Below, piece by piece: positions 30,294 to 39,807 of a stretch of 64,000 nt of DNA (the stretch's first letter is position 1; the number at the start of each line of letters is the position of its first letter). The stretch comes from an uncultured Candidatus Actinomarina sp. Lineage in GTDB: Bacteria > Actinomycetota > Acidimicrobiia > Actinomarinales > Actinomarinaceae. Location: the NCBI GenBank assembly GCA_902595195.1, contig CACJPC010000003.1, positions 19,827 to 83,826 of the forward strand, read 5' to 3'. Position numbers and translations under genes: made by a program. The notes under the pieces are model-generated. The model made no database searches, was not told the origin of the DNA, and saw only the letters and a list, made by a program, of their open reading frames with translations.

Positions 30294-31292
30294 TTGATAG
30301 TGAAAAAAATAATTGTCACCGGTTCATGTGGTTTTATTGGATACAACTTAATTAATTCGTTAAGTCATGTCGAAAACGTGATTGGAATAGACTCTCTTAA
30401 TAACGCTTATGACAATAACCTTAAGAAATTAAGGTTAGAAAACCTTAACAATCTTGAAAATTTTAAATATTTACAATTAAATTTTTCAGACAAAAATGAT
30501 TTACATAAAAATGAATCTATTTTTCACGATTGTGATGTCTTAATTCATTTAGGCGCTCGAGCGGGAGTAAGGCAAAGTTTTAATGATCCAGAAAAGTATT
30601 TAATGGATAATACACTTGGTACGATAAATTTATCATTACAAGTAAAAGAAAACAATATTCCTAAATTTATAATTGCGTCAACTTCATCAATTTATGGAGA
30701 TACAGGTGAACAATTAGCTGTCGAAAATAAAGATGAGCTTCTTTATCCACCATCAATTTATGCATCAACAAAATCATTCGGTGAAATTTTAGCTCAAAAT
30801 ATACTAGAAGATACAAATACTCACATTCAAATTCCTAGATTTTTTACAGTTTACGGTCCTTATGGAAGACCTGATATGTCAATTCTTAGATTTATACATT
30901 GGATTTGTAAAGGCGAAAAACTAATTCTTTATGGTGATGGTAATCAAAGGCGTTCTTTTACATATGTAGATGACATAGTTAATGGATTGATGGCGCTGAT
31001 GGAATACGAAGGTTCTGGTACTTTTAACTTTGGTTCCAACGAAACATGGTCGCTCAATGAAGTTATTGAGATTATTGAAATGAATACTGGGAAAAAAGCA
31101 GATATATCATTTGAAAAACGAGCTTATAAAGATGTTGACATTGTTCTTCCAAATCTAAAAAAATCAAATAATATTTTGAATTGGAAGCCTACAACAAACA
31201 TAAAAGACGGAATAATGAATACAGTTAATTGGTATTTAGCTAATCAAGAAAAGTTAAAAGATATTAAATTTAAATATGATTATGAAAAATAA
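30294..31292 (+). CDS. NAD-dependent epimerase (UDP-glucuronate 4-epimerase-like SDR)
   Basis: GSCGFIGYNL Rossmann motif, YASTK catalytic motif, and the DSLNNAYDNNLKKLRLENL segment typical of the UDP-GlcA 4-epimerase subgroup. TTG/GTG start. Confidence 0.7.
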   Translation: MIVKKIIVTGSCGFIGYNLINSLSHVENVIGIDSLNNAYDNNLKKLRLENLNNLENFKYLQLNFSDKNDLHKNESIFHDCDVLIHLGARAGVRQSFNDPEKYLMDNTLGTINLSLQVKENNIPKFIIASTSSIYGDTGEQLAVENKDELLYPPSIYASTKSFGEILAQNILEDTNTHIQIPRFFTVYGPYGRPDMSILRFIHWICKGEKLILYGDGNQRRSFTYVDDIVNGLMALMEYEGSGTFNFGSNETWSLNEVIEIIEMNTGKKADISFEKRAYKDVDIVLPNLKKSNNILNWKPTTNIKDGIMNTVNWYLANQEKLKDIKFKYDYEK

Positions 31293-32262
31293 TTTAAAAA
31301 AAGTAGTCATTACGGGTGGAGCAGGGTTCATCGGATCCAATTTAATTAGAAAATTAATTGAAAAAGATATAGAAAAAATTTTGGTGATTGATGATTTGTC
31401 TACAGGAAATATAGATAATATATCTGAATTTAAGGATAATAATTTAATTGAATTTGTAGAAAGTAGGGTTGAAGATTGTCAAAATCTAAATTCATTAATA
31501 GAAGGATATGATTTTTGTTTTCACTTGGCTGCTGGTGTAGGTGTTCAATACATTATGGAAAATGTTAGTAAGGCATTATTAACAAATATTGAAGGAACAC
31601 ATAAAATTATTGAATCATGTAAAGTAAATGGAATACCATTACTTTTGACTTCAACTTCTGAAGTTTATGGAGTTTCAGATGATCCAATTTGGACAGAAGA
31701 ATCGAAAAGTTTAATTGGCCCACCAACAAAATTAAGATGGTCATATGCTGCTTCAAAACTGATTGATGAATTTTTAGCACTTTCAGAATTTAACGATGGC
31801 AAATTAAATCCTATAATTGTTAGGTTGTTTAATATTATTGGAAATAATCAATTATCTAAATTTGGTATGGTAGTTCCAAAATTCATAGAAGCAGCTTTAG
31901 AAAACAAACCACTAATTATCCATGGAGATGGAACTCAAACAAGATCGTTTACTTGGGTTGGAGATGTTGTTAACTATTTTTATTTACTCGCGGAAAAGCA
32001 ACTTTATGGAGAAATTTTTAATATTGGACAAACTGAAGAAATTTCGATTAAAAATCTTGCAGAAATGATAATTAAGGAAACTGATTCAAAATCTGAAATT
32101 ATTTTTAAAACTCACAAAGAAGTTTATGGAGAAAGATTTGAGGATCCTATGCGAAGAACTCCTTCAATAAAAAAAATAGTCGATGCTACAGATTATTCTC
32201 CTACAATGACAATACCTGAAATGATAAAAGAAATTATAGATTACAAAAAACTAAATTCTTGA
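31276..32262 (+). CDS. extended SDR, ArnA-C / UXS-like UDP-glucuronate decarboxylase family
   Basis: GGAGFIGSNL, TSTSEVYG and LRWSYAASK (the RWxYxxSK pattern recalled from the ArnA-like subgroup). Confidence 0.65.
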   Translation: MIMKNNLKKVVITGGAGFIGSNLIRKLIEKDIEKILVIDDLSTGNIDNISEFKDNNLIEFVESRVEDCQNLNSLIEGYDFCFHLAAGVGVQYIMENVSKALLTNIEGTHKIIESCKVNGIPLLLTSTSEVYGVSDDPIWTEESKSLIGPPTKLRWSYAASKLIDEFLALSEFNDGKLNPIIVRLFNIIGNNQLSKFGMVVPKFIEAALENKPLIIHGDGTQTRSFTWVGDVVNYFYLLAEKQLYGEIFNIGQTEEISIKNLAEMIIKETDSKSEIIFKTHKEVYGERFEDPMRRTPSIKKIVDATDYSPTMTIPEMIKEIIDYKKLNS

Positions 32263-33395
32263 AAATATTAATAACTGTTGGAATTTATCCTCCAGATATC
32301 GGAGGGCCAGCGAGTTTTGTGCCAAAAATAGCCAAGATGCTTACTGAAAATAAACATGATGTAACGGTAATATGCCTCTCTGATAATAAAGTTTCAGATG
32401 ATGAAAATTTTAAGGTTAAAAGAATATTAAGAAATCAAAATTTGTTACTCAGATGGATTCAAACTATTTTTACAATAATCAAAAACGGTAGAAATGTAGA
32501 TTGTTTTTTTGTTAACGGCCTGCCTATGGAATCTTATGTGGCAAATCTATTTTTGAGAAAAAAATTAGTTAGAAAAATTGTAGGTGATTGGGCTTGGGAA
32601 AGAGGAAGAAATAAAGGACTTATCAACGAATCTTTTGATGAATTCCAAGAAAATTCTCATAATCTGCATCTTGAAATAGCAAAATTTTCTCGTGGATGGA
32701 CTGCAACTAAAGCTGATATCGTAATAACACCCTCAAAACATTTATCAAAAGTTGTTGAAAATTGGGGTGTCCAACCAAATAAATTAAAAATTATTTACAA
32801 CGGTACCAAGATAGTAACTGATAATATTTCAAAAACTAATAAAGGAATAGTAAATCTTATAACTGTAGGCAGATTAGCTCCGTGGAAAAATATTGATACA
32901 ATAATCAAGTCTGTAAATCTACTCAAACAATATGATATGAAATTTAAATTATTTATTGTTGGAAGTGGTCCCTTAGAATCTGAATTAAAAAAACTAGTTT
33001 CCGATTTAAATTTATCGTCAGAGGTTATCTTTACTGGTCAAAAAAAATATTCAGAATTAACTGAATATTATAAAAATTCAAATATTTACATACAAGCTTC
33101 TGGCTATGAAGGCCTTCCACATGTACTGCTAGAGGCAATAAACTTTGATTTATCAGTAATATCAACACCTATTGGTGGATCTAATGAAATATTGCAAGAT
33201 GGTAAAAATGGTTATGTTCTAAATTTAGAAAAAGGAAAAAAACCTAGCACTGAAAATTTAAAAAATATTATTTTGGAAACAATCAATAAAAAAGAATTGA
33301 CAGAAGATAAGAAAAAAAACGCAAAAATTTTACTCCATTCTATCTTTGATGAGAATAAAAATTTTCCAAAGTATCTAGAAATATTGACAAAATGA
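32259..33395 (+). CDS. glycosyltransferase family 4
   Basis: YEGLPHVLLEAINFDLSVISTPIGG E-x7-E motif and a typical N-domain. Confidence 0.8.
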   Translation: MKILITVGIYPPDIGGPASFVPKIAKMLTENKHDVTVICLSDNKVSDDENFKVKRILRNQNLLLRWIQTIFTIIKNGRNVDCFFVNGLPMESYVANLFLRKKLVRKIVGDWAWERGRNKGLINESFDEFQENSHNLHLEIAKFSRGWTATKADIVITPSKHLSKVVENWGVQPNKLKIIYNGTKIVTDNISKTNKGIVNLITVGRLAPWKNIDTIIKSVNLLKQYDMKFKLFIVGSGPLESELKKLVSDLNLSSEVIFTGQKKYSELTEYYKNSNIYIQASGYEGLPHVLLEAINFDLSVISTPIGGSNEILQDGKNGYVLNLEKGKKPSTENLKNIILETINKKELTEDKKKNAKILLHSIFDENKNFPKYLEILTK

Positions 33396-34516
33396 AAAAT
33401 TTATTATTTTACGGATCGACCAATTATGGTAAAAAACTGTCTAATTCAGATAATTTAAAGTTTATTGAACTAGATAAACATTTCAATACACATGTAATGA
33501 CTTTAGGGAATAACAGAGAAAATATTAAACACAATAATGTGCAAATATCTTATTTAAAAAAGCCAAAATTAATAATTTCACAATATTTATATTTTTATTT
33601 TTTTAATTTTAGAAATTTTAGAAAATATTGTTTTGAAAACAAAATTGATATCGTATCTGCAAAAGATCCCATTGCAGGATTTATCCCAGTTATGTATAAA
33701 AAAATCTATGACAATAATATAAAAATTATTATTGAACACCATGGTGATTTTTTAGACTTGTTGTTAAACCAAAGAAAATTTAACTTAAAATTCTTGATAA
33801 AAATAATCGCAAAAAGCATTTCAGAATTTACTTACAAAAATTGTGACTTTATACGTGGTGTAGAAAAAACATACACAGAGAAATTAGCAGATAAATACAA
33901 CAAAAACTACCACTACTTCCCTGCTTGGGTTGACTACACAATCTTTAAAAAAGAAAACTTAAATAGAAAAAATTTTTTGTTTATTGGAAATATCATTCCT
34001 CGCAAAGGTGTAGATTTTATAATTAAGAATTTCAATGACTTCTCCTTAAAAAATAATTTTAAAGAAAAGCTTTTAATTATAGGAGAAAATCAAAATTCTG
34101 ATTACTTTAATAAATGTATTGATTTTGTAAAACAAAATGAAATCAAAAATATTGAATTTTTGGGCAAGAAATCACAAGATGAAATTTCATACTTACTGTC
34201 ATCATCAAGATTGCTAATTATGGCTAGTAATTATGAAGGGTTGCCGAGAGTTTTAATTGAGAGCGGATTATGTGCAACTCCAAGTTTAGGGACAGACATT
34301 CAAGGAATTAAAGAGCCATTCGGCAGTGACGGAGGTACATTAATTTATCAACTTAATAATTCAGTTGAATTTAAATCACAATTAAAAATATTTGTTAATG
34401 ATAAAAATTTCGAGAATGAACTACAAAATAAAGCACACTCATTGGCAACTAAAATGTCGGGAGCAGATAGTTTTGGGGATAACTGGAATAGGTTAATTGA
34501 GTCATTATATGAGTAA
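33392..34516 (+). CDS. glycosyltransferase family 4
   Basis: NYEGLPRVLIESGLCATPSL E-x7-E motif. Confidence 0.75.
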   Translation: MKNLLFYGSTNYGKKLSNSDNLKFIELDKHFNTHVMTLGNNRENIKHNNVQISYLKKPKLIISQYLYFYFFNFRNFRKYCFENKIDIVSAKDPIAGFIPVMYKKIYDNNIKIIIEHHGDFLDLLLNQRKFNLKFLIKIIAKSISEFTYKNCDFIRGVEKTYTEKLADKYNKNYHYFPAWVDYTIFKKENLNRKNFLFIGNIIPRKGVDFIIKNFNDFSLKNNFKEKLLIIGENQNSDYFNKCIDFVKQNEIKNIEFLGKKSQDEISYLLSSSRLLIMASNYEGLPRVLIESGLCATPSLGTDIQGIKEPFGSDGGTLIYQLNNSVEFKSQLKIFVNDKNFENELQNKAHSLATKMSGADSFGDNWNRLIESLYE

Positions 34517-35540
34517 AAAACTTTTATATTTTAATCTTGCTTTAGATGAGAATGACACCTCTCTTGGTTTTGCAATTGATTGGATAAAAACTATAGCAAA
34601 AAATTATGATCATGTAGATGTAGTTACGTTAAAAAAAGTTTCTAATTTAAAGTTTCAAGAAAACATTAAAGTACATGGGGCTAAACCAAATAAATATAAA
34701 ATATACAAATATGTATACCTATTCAACAAAGTTAGAGAATTAACTAAAGAAAATACTTACGACAGATGCTTTTCACATATGTCCCCAATATCAATTTTAG
34801 TTAGTAGTTACTATTTGAAGAAAAATAAAATTAAATCGACGCTCTGGTTTACACACCCTGGTCCAAAATTTGGTATTAAAAAATTAATACTTTTTTTGAG
34901 TTTTCTTATTTCTGAAAATATTGTTACGGCTTCTACAACTTCGTTTCCTATTAAATCAAAAAAGGTGTCCGTCATAGGACACGCAGTAGATTTAGTAAAT
35001 TTTTCTAATAAAAAAGAAGAATACAAATTACATAATTTTTTAATACTTTCAAGAATTTCATCATCTAAAAACATTGAAATAGCAATTGATGGATTTTTAA
35101 ATTCAAAATTTAAAGATCGTAATCTTGACATAATTGGTGGACCGCTTAATAAAAATGATGAAGTTTACCTTGTTGAACTAATGAATAAATACTCTTCTAA
35201 TAATGTAAATTTTTTGGGAAAAATTAATCATGCAAATTTACCCGAGGTTTTAAAAAACTATGACGTTCATTTTAATTGTGCAGGTAATGGATTTTTTGAT
35301 AAATCCGTTCTTGAAACTCTCTCAAGTGAAATTATTAATTTTTATGTGAATGAAGATTTTAATTTGCTGTTTGATGATAATTCATATCAATTTAATGATT
35401 CTAAAGAATTAGCAAGAAAGTTAGATAATTTGATAAATTTATCTCATGAAGAAATTAAAAATACAATACATAAATCTAAAAAAGAATTACAAAATAACGC
35501 ATTAAGTTCTTTAAACAGCAGATTAGAACCTTATTTGTAA
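34497..35540 (+). CDS. probable glycosyltransferase (GT-B-like, divergent)
   Basis: Size, operon position after two GT4 genes and a weak GT-B-like layout. No clean motif. Confidence 0.4.
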   Translation: MSHYMSKKLLYFNLALDENDTSLGFAIDWIKTIAKNYDHVDVVTLKKVSNLKFQENIKVHGAKPNKYKIYKYVYLFNKVRELTKENTYDRCFSHMSPISILVSSYYLKKNKIKSTLWFTHPGPKFGIKKLILFLSFLISENIVTASTTSFPIKSKKVSVIGHAVDLVNFSNKKEEYKLHNFLILSRISSSKNIEIAIDGFLNSKFKDRNLDIIGGPLNKNDEVYLVELMNKYSSNNVNFLGKINHANLPEVLKNYDVHFNCAGNGFFDKSVLETLSSEIINFYVNEDFNLLFDDNSYQFNDSKELARKLDNLINLSHEEIKNTIHKSKKELQNNALSSLNSRLEPYL

Positions 35541-36466
35541 TTAGCAGAAATCCAGTCAATAGTTAATTTAAGTCCGTCTTCAAGTGAAGTTTTTGGTTTA
35601 TAATTTAATAATTCTTTTGCTTTAGTTAAATCAGGTTTTCTTTGTTTCGGATCGTTAATAGGAAGTTCATGGTACACAATTTTTGAATTAGAATTAGTCA
35701 ATTCTATAATTTTTTCTGCAAGATATTTAATTGTGACTTCGTTATCGTTGCCAATATTAAATACATCTGATTCTTCATGGTGAATAATTTTTAAGATTCC
35801 ATCTAAAGTATCTTCTATATACGAAAAAGATCTTGTTTGTTCACCATTTCCATAAATTGTTATTTCTTTACCTTTTAATGCTTGGTAAATAAAATTGGTG
35901 ACAACCCTTCCGTCATCTATTTGCATATTTGGTCCATAAGTGTTGAAAATTCTTGCAATACTACCATTTAAATTATGGGTTGTTATGTATGAATGAGTTG
36001 CAGATTCTGCAAATCGTTTAGATTCATCATACATACTCCTAGGCCCTAATGTGTTGACATTTCCCCAATACTCTTCGCTCTGTGGACTAATTTCTGGATC
36101 ACCATAAATTTCAGATGTAGAAGCTAAAAAGAATTTAGCATTGTGATGTTTACTTATTCCTAATGCATTAATAGTTCCAATGCTTCCTGACTTTAGTGTG
36201 TTGATAGGATACCTAGCATATGCTTTTGGACTTGCACAACTAGCTAAATGAACAACATAGTCAATCTTTTCATCAAAATAAATACTTTCCTGAATATCGT
36301 GTTCTACGAATTTAAAATTACTAAATTCTTTATATTTTTCTATATTTTTTAAATCACCAGTAATTAAGTTATCTATTACAGTAATCTGATTTGAATCATC
36401 TATTAATTGACCAATAAGATGAGAACCAATAAAACCTGCTCCGCCTGTTATTAAATAATTAATTAT
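35531..36466 (-). CDS. UDP-glucuronate decarboxylase (UXS-type extended SDR), full length with a non-canonical (ATA/ATT) start or read-through entry
   Basis: My manual translation shows the frame of the listed 167-aa ORF is open for 144 more codons up to 36466. That stretch encodes IINYLITGGAGFIGSHL..VVHLASCASP..LASTSEIYGDP.., followed by YDESK and NTYGP in the listed part. It contains no ATG/GTG/TTG/CTG. Confidence 0.75.
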   Translation of the reverse strand: MINYLITGGAGFIGSHLIGQLIDDSNQITVIDNLITGDLKNIEKYKEFSNFKFVEHDIQESIYFDEKIDYVVHLASCASPKAYARYPINTLKSGSIGTINALGISKHHNAKFFLASTSEIYGDPEISPQSEEYWGNVNTLGPRSMYDESKRFAESATHSYITTHNLNGSIARIFNTYGPNMQIDDGRVVTNFIYQALKGKEITIYGNGEQTRSFSYIEDTLDGILKIIHHEESDVFNIGNDNEVTIKYLAEKIIELTNSNSKIVYHELPINDPKQRKPDLTKAKELLNYKPKTSLEDGLKLTIDWISANYK

Positions 36467-37654
36467 TTACTCCCAAAATTTAATATATTCATACTCATTT
36501 AAGTTTCCAATTTCTTTTTCTATTTTTGTCTGAAATTTTTTATCAAGAGGATACATTTCAACAATTAATGATTTGTTTGGTAATTCAGAAATAAATTTAA
36601 TCGATTCATGGCTCTTAAAGTATTCATCATATACGAATACATTCCCATTATTAAGTTTATTGTACAAATCTATTGTCGGCGAATGCCTTAGGTCATCAGT
36701 ATTTTCCTTGAAAGCTAGGCCAATTAAAACTATGTTTATATAATTTTTCTCGACTTTTATTTTTTCTAGGTATTTTGCAAACCAACTTTTGTGTTGATTG
36801 TTTGATTTTAAAATTGATGAAATAAGCGGAACATCAAGCTCTTTCGATTTAGAAATCGATACGACTTCTGCTACATCTTTTGGGAAACAAGAACCACCCC
36901 AGCCAGGTGAAGGTCTGAAATACTCTAAACCTATTCTTTTATCCATACCTATTCCTTGTAAAGTTTGAGTCAAGTCACCACCTAGCTCTTTTATAATTTG
37001 GGAAGCTTCATTTACAAAAGAAAGTCTTAGTGGTAGATAAGCATTTGATAAATATTTTATTAATTGAGAACTGACTGGATCTGTAAAAATAACTTCTGAA
37101 TCTATTCCGGAATAAAGCTCGTAAACTTTTTTTGCATTCAATTCGTCTTTTGAACCTATTACAATTCTGTCAGGATTAAAAAAGTCACTAAATGCAGTAC
37201 CCTCGCGTAAAAATTCTGGATTAAAAATAAGGCTTTCTTCAGATAACTTACTTGATTTAATAACATCTGCTAAAGCTTCTGGATGGATTGTGGATTTTAT
37301 ACAAATGACTGTATCTTTATTAGACCTATCTTGTATTTCTTCAAAAACTTTATTTAAAAAACTTGTATCTACTTCATGAGTATCTAAAGATGGAGTCTGA
37401 ACGCAGACCATTATAACATCAACATTATCCCAAAAAATTTCATCATAATTATCACTGAATTTAACATTTTTGCCAACTACTTCATCATTTAAATATTCAT
37501 CTAATTTAGGTTCATAAAAAGGAGGTACTTTATTATTTAACTTCTTAATTTTTTCAGAATCAATATCTACAAATTGTACTTTGTGGTTTAAATGAGATAA
37601 TCCCAATCCAGTTATTAAACCAACGTATCCAACACCGATAACAACAATGTTCAT
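36467..37654 (-). CDS. ugd: UDP-glucose 6-dehydrogenase
   Basis: MNIVVIGVGYVGL Rossmann motif and GGSCFPKDV catalytic-Cys motif. I prefer the ATG at 37654 over the listed TTG at 37675. Confidence 0.9.
   Translation of the reverse strand: MNIVVIGVGYVGLITGLGLSHLNHKVQFVDIDSEKIKKLNNKVPPFYEPKLDEYLNDEVVGKNVKFSDNYDEIFWDNVDVIMVCVQTPSLDTHEVDTSFLNKVFEEIQDRSNKDTVICIKSTIHPEALADVIKSSKLSEESLIFNPEFLREGTAFSDFFNPDRIVIGSKDELNAKKVYELYSGIDSEVIFTDPVSSQLIKYLSNAYLPLRLSFVNEASQIIKELGGDLTQTLQGIGMDKRIGLEYFRPSPGWGGSCFPKDVAEVVSISKSKELDVPLISSILKSNNQHKSWFAKYLEKIKVEKNYINIVLIGLAFKENTDDLRHSPTIDLYNKLNNGNVFVYDEYFKSHESIKFISELPNKSLIVEMYPLDKKFQTKIEKEIGNLNEYEYIKFWE
36470..36474 (-). promoter_or_regulatory. Shine-Dalgarno-like GGGAG inside the last codons of ugd, 3 nt before ATA and 6 nt before ATT of the UXS frame
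   Basis: The minus strand reads TGGGAG TAA ATA ATT AAT. G-rich pentamers are rare in this AT-rich DNA. Confidence 0.4.
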
Positions 37655-37688
37655 AACTTGATGATAACGTTTCAATAACTTTATAATA

Positions 37689-38786
37689 ATGATAGTGATT
37701 TATTTTATTGCTCATTCTGAATGGATACTCCAAAGATCAAGAGCTGATATGGCAAGAAGTTTAAAATCTGATTTTAAAATTGTATCAATCTGTCCTGTGA
37801 GTGAATATGAAGCTAATTTAAAAGATGCCTACTATGAGTCAATTAATTGGAGTATTGACAGAACTAAATTGTTAGATATAAAAGGAATTTTAAAACTTAG
37901 GAAAATTATAAAGAATTTCAATTCTGGTGATATAGTTCATATTTTTACAATCAAATCTTTGTATCTCTTTATCTTTTCGTCATTATTTTTTAAAAAAGAT
38001 TTTAAAGTTATAGTATCAATTACTGGTTTAGGGTACCTATTTGCCGATACAATTTTGGCCAAAATTTTAAGAAATATAACTAGACCATTGATAAGGGTAA
38101 GAATAAATAGTTCGATAGATTATTTAATTTTTCAAAACAGAGACAATTTCCAAAAATTTGTTGATTACTCAAACTATAAAAATAATTCACAAATTATTTC
38201 AGGTAGTGGTTTGAACACAACAGAGTTTAATACTAAGAATACTTTTAACGAAAACATTAAAGTTATATTCGTTGGAAGACTTATGAGAGAAAAAGGAATT
38301 TATGAATATCTTGATATTGCAAATAGATTTAGAGATAAAGAAAACTTAACATTTTTTATTGCTGGAAAACCAGATTTTGGAAATAAAAGTAGCATAAGTG
38401 AGAGAGAATTCCATGAATTGCAAAATAATAAAAACATATCTTACTTAGGTGAAATAGATGTTCAAAAAGAATTAGCGAATTATGATCTACTACTCCAGCC
38501 AAGTTATCATGAAGGATTTTCTAGAATCCTAATAGAAAGTATATACGCAGGTGTTTATTGCTTAGCTAATAATATTTATGGAATGAAAGAAATTATTGAA
38601 AAGTCAAATTTTGGTATTCTAATAAATAACAATGATGTAAAAGAATTTGAAATCGAAATTAACAATTTTATGAAAAATAAGAATAATATAAGCTTTGATT
38701 CTGCTAGAAATATCATTAAAACCAATTACTCTTTAGAAGCAATTTCACAACAATTCAAAGAATTATATTATGAACTTACTGAATGA
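37689..38786 (+). CDS. glycosyltransferase family 4
   Basis: YHEGFSRILIESIYAGVYCLANNIYG E-x7-E motif. Confidence 0.8.
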   Translation: MIVIYFIAHSEWILQRSRADMARSLKSDFKIVSICPVSEYEANLKDAYYESINWSIDRTKLLDIKGILKLRKIIKNFNSGDIVHIFTIKSLYLFIFSSLFFKKDFKVIVSITGLGYLFADTILAKILRNITRPLIRVRINSSIDYLIFQNRDNFQKFVDYSNYKNNSQIISGSGLNTTEFNTKNTFNENIKVIFVGRLMREKGIYEYLDIANRFRDKENLTFFIAGKPDFGNKSSISEREFHELQNNKNISYLGEIDVQKELANYDLLLQPSYHEGFSRILIESIYAGVYCLANNIYGMKEIIEKSNFGILINNNDVKEFEIEINNFMKNKNNISFDSARNIIKTNYSLEAISQQFKELYYELTE

Positions 38787-39807
38787 TTTCCAAGTTTCAA
38801 TATATGTAGCATCAATTGTTGCGTTTTTCTTATCGACACTGTTCTGTTTTTTTATAATAAGAATAAATAAAAATTTTAATTCTAAATCAAACGACCAAAA
38901 AAGGTTAAACAGTCTAAACATCGTTCCGCTTGGCGGAGTAGCAATGGCATTAAGCTTTTTTATATCGGTACGTCTACTAGGTCAAGCTGATTCAAATGTA
39001 GTAAATGTATCCATTTTTGCTTTAGCAATATCTATTTTGGGAGTTGTTGATGATTTTTTAAATCTAAATTGGAAAATGAAAATAGTATTTCAATTTTTAT
39101 TTGTAAGTTTTCCAATTTTTTTATTAAATCAAACAATAAATTTTGAAATTCTTTTTGGAATAAATTTTTCTGGAAGATTAAATTATGCACTGACTATTTT
39201 GTGGATTTTGGTTCTTATGAATTCAATTAATTTTATTGATAATATGGATGGTTTTGCTGCAATAAATAGTTCATTTATTTGTATAGCATTGACAGCTTTA
39301 TCATTTGTTTTTAATCAAAATTATCTTGCAGATGTAAGTTTTGTATTACTTTTTACTATTTTGGGATTTACAATATATAATTTTCCTCCAGCACGGATAT
39401 ATATGGGTGATTCAGGAAGTTTGTTTATAGGGTTTATTTTTGGTTTTATAAGTATTCTTTTTGATTGGAACCCGACTGGTCAAAGTTATTTGTACAGTTC
39501 AATAGCACCAATTTTCTTATTTTTTACAATGCCTTTGTTAGATTTTTCAACAGTTTTTATACACAGAATAAAAAACAATATTTCACCAACGACTGGTGGT
39601 ACGGATCATATATCTCATAGATTGTTAAATCAAGGCTTAAGTGTTAAGTCTGTACTTCTTTTATTTTCATTATTAAATATTTTTATTTTTTTGCTGTTGG
39701 CTTTAACAATAGCTTTTGAGTCAATGTCGGTGATTATTTTTCTTATATATGTAATAATTATTTTGACTCTATTTATTAAATTTCAAAAACTTGAACCACT
39801 AAATTAA
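38770..39807 (+). CDS. polytopic phosphoglycosyl transferase, MraY/WecA (glycosyltransferase family 4, polyprenyl-phosphate HexNAc-1-phosphate transferase)
   Basis: NSINFIDNMDGFAAINS and YMGDSGSLFIGF motifs with ~10 TM segments. Confidence 0.9.
   Translation: MNLLNDFQVSIYVASIVAFFLSTLFCFFIIRINKNFNSKSNDQKRLNSLNIVPLGGVAMALSFFISVRLLGQADSNVVNVSIFALAISILGVVDDFLNLNWKMKIVFQFLFVSFPIFLLNQTINFEILFGINFSGRLNYALTILWILVLMNSINFIDNMDGFAAINSSFICIALTALSFVFNQNYLADVSFVLLFTILGFTIYNFPPARIYMGDSGSLFIGFIFGFISILFDWNPTGQSYLYSSIAPIFLFFTMPLLDFSTVFIHRIKNNISPTTGGTDHISHRLLNQGLSVKSVLLLFSLLNIFIFLLLALTIAFESMSVIIFLIYVIIILTLFIKFQKLEPLN

Noticed and set aside
35531-36034. Stand-alone 167-aa ORF as listed in the track
   Set aside because: It begins in the middle of the SDR catalytic motif (M-YDESK), and the frame is open for 144 more codons encoding the Rossmann half. 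I treat it as the 3' part of a full-length UXS gene (35531..36466).
37682-37687. Perfect TATAAT hexamer immediately upstream of the GT4 ATG at 37689
   Set aside because: It ends only 1 nt before the start codon, too close even for a leaderless transcript. Such hexamers are frequent by chance in this AT-rich DNA.
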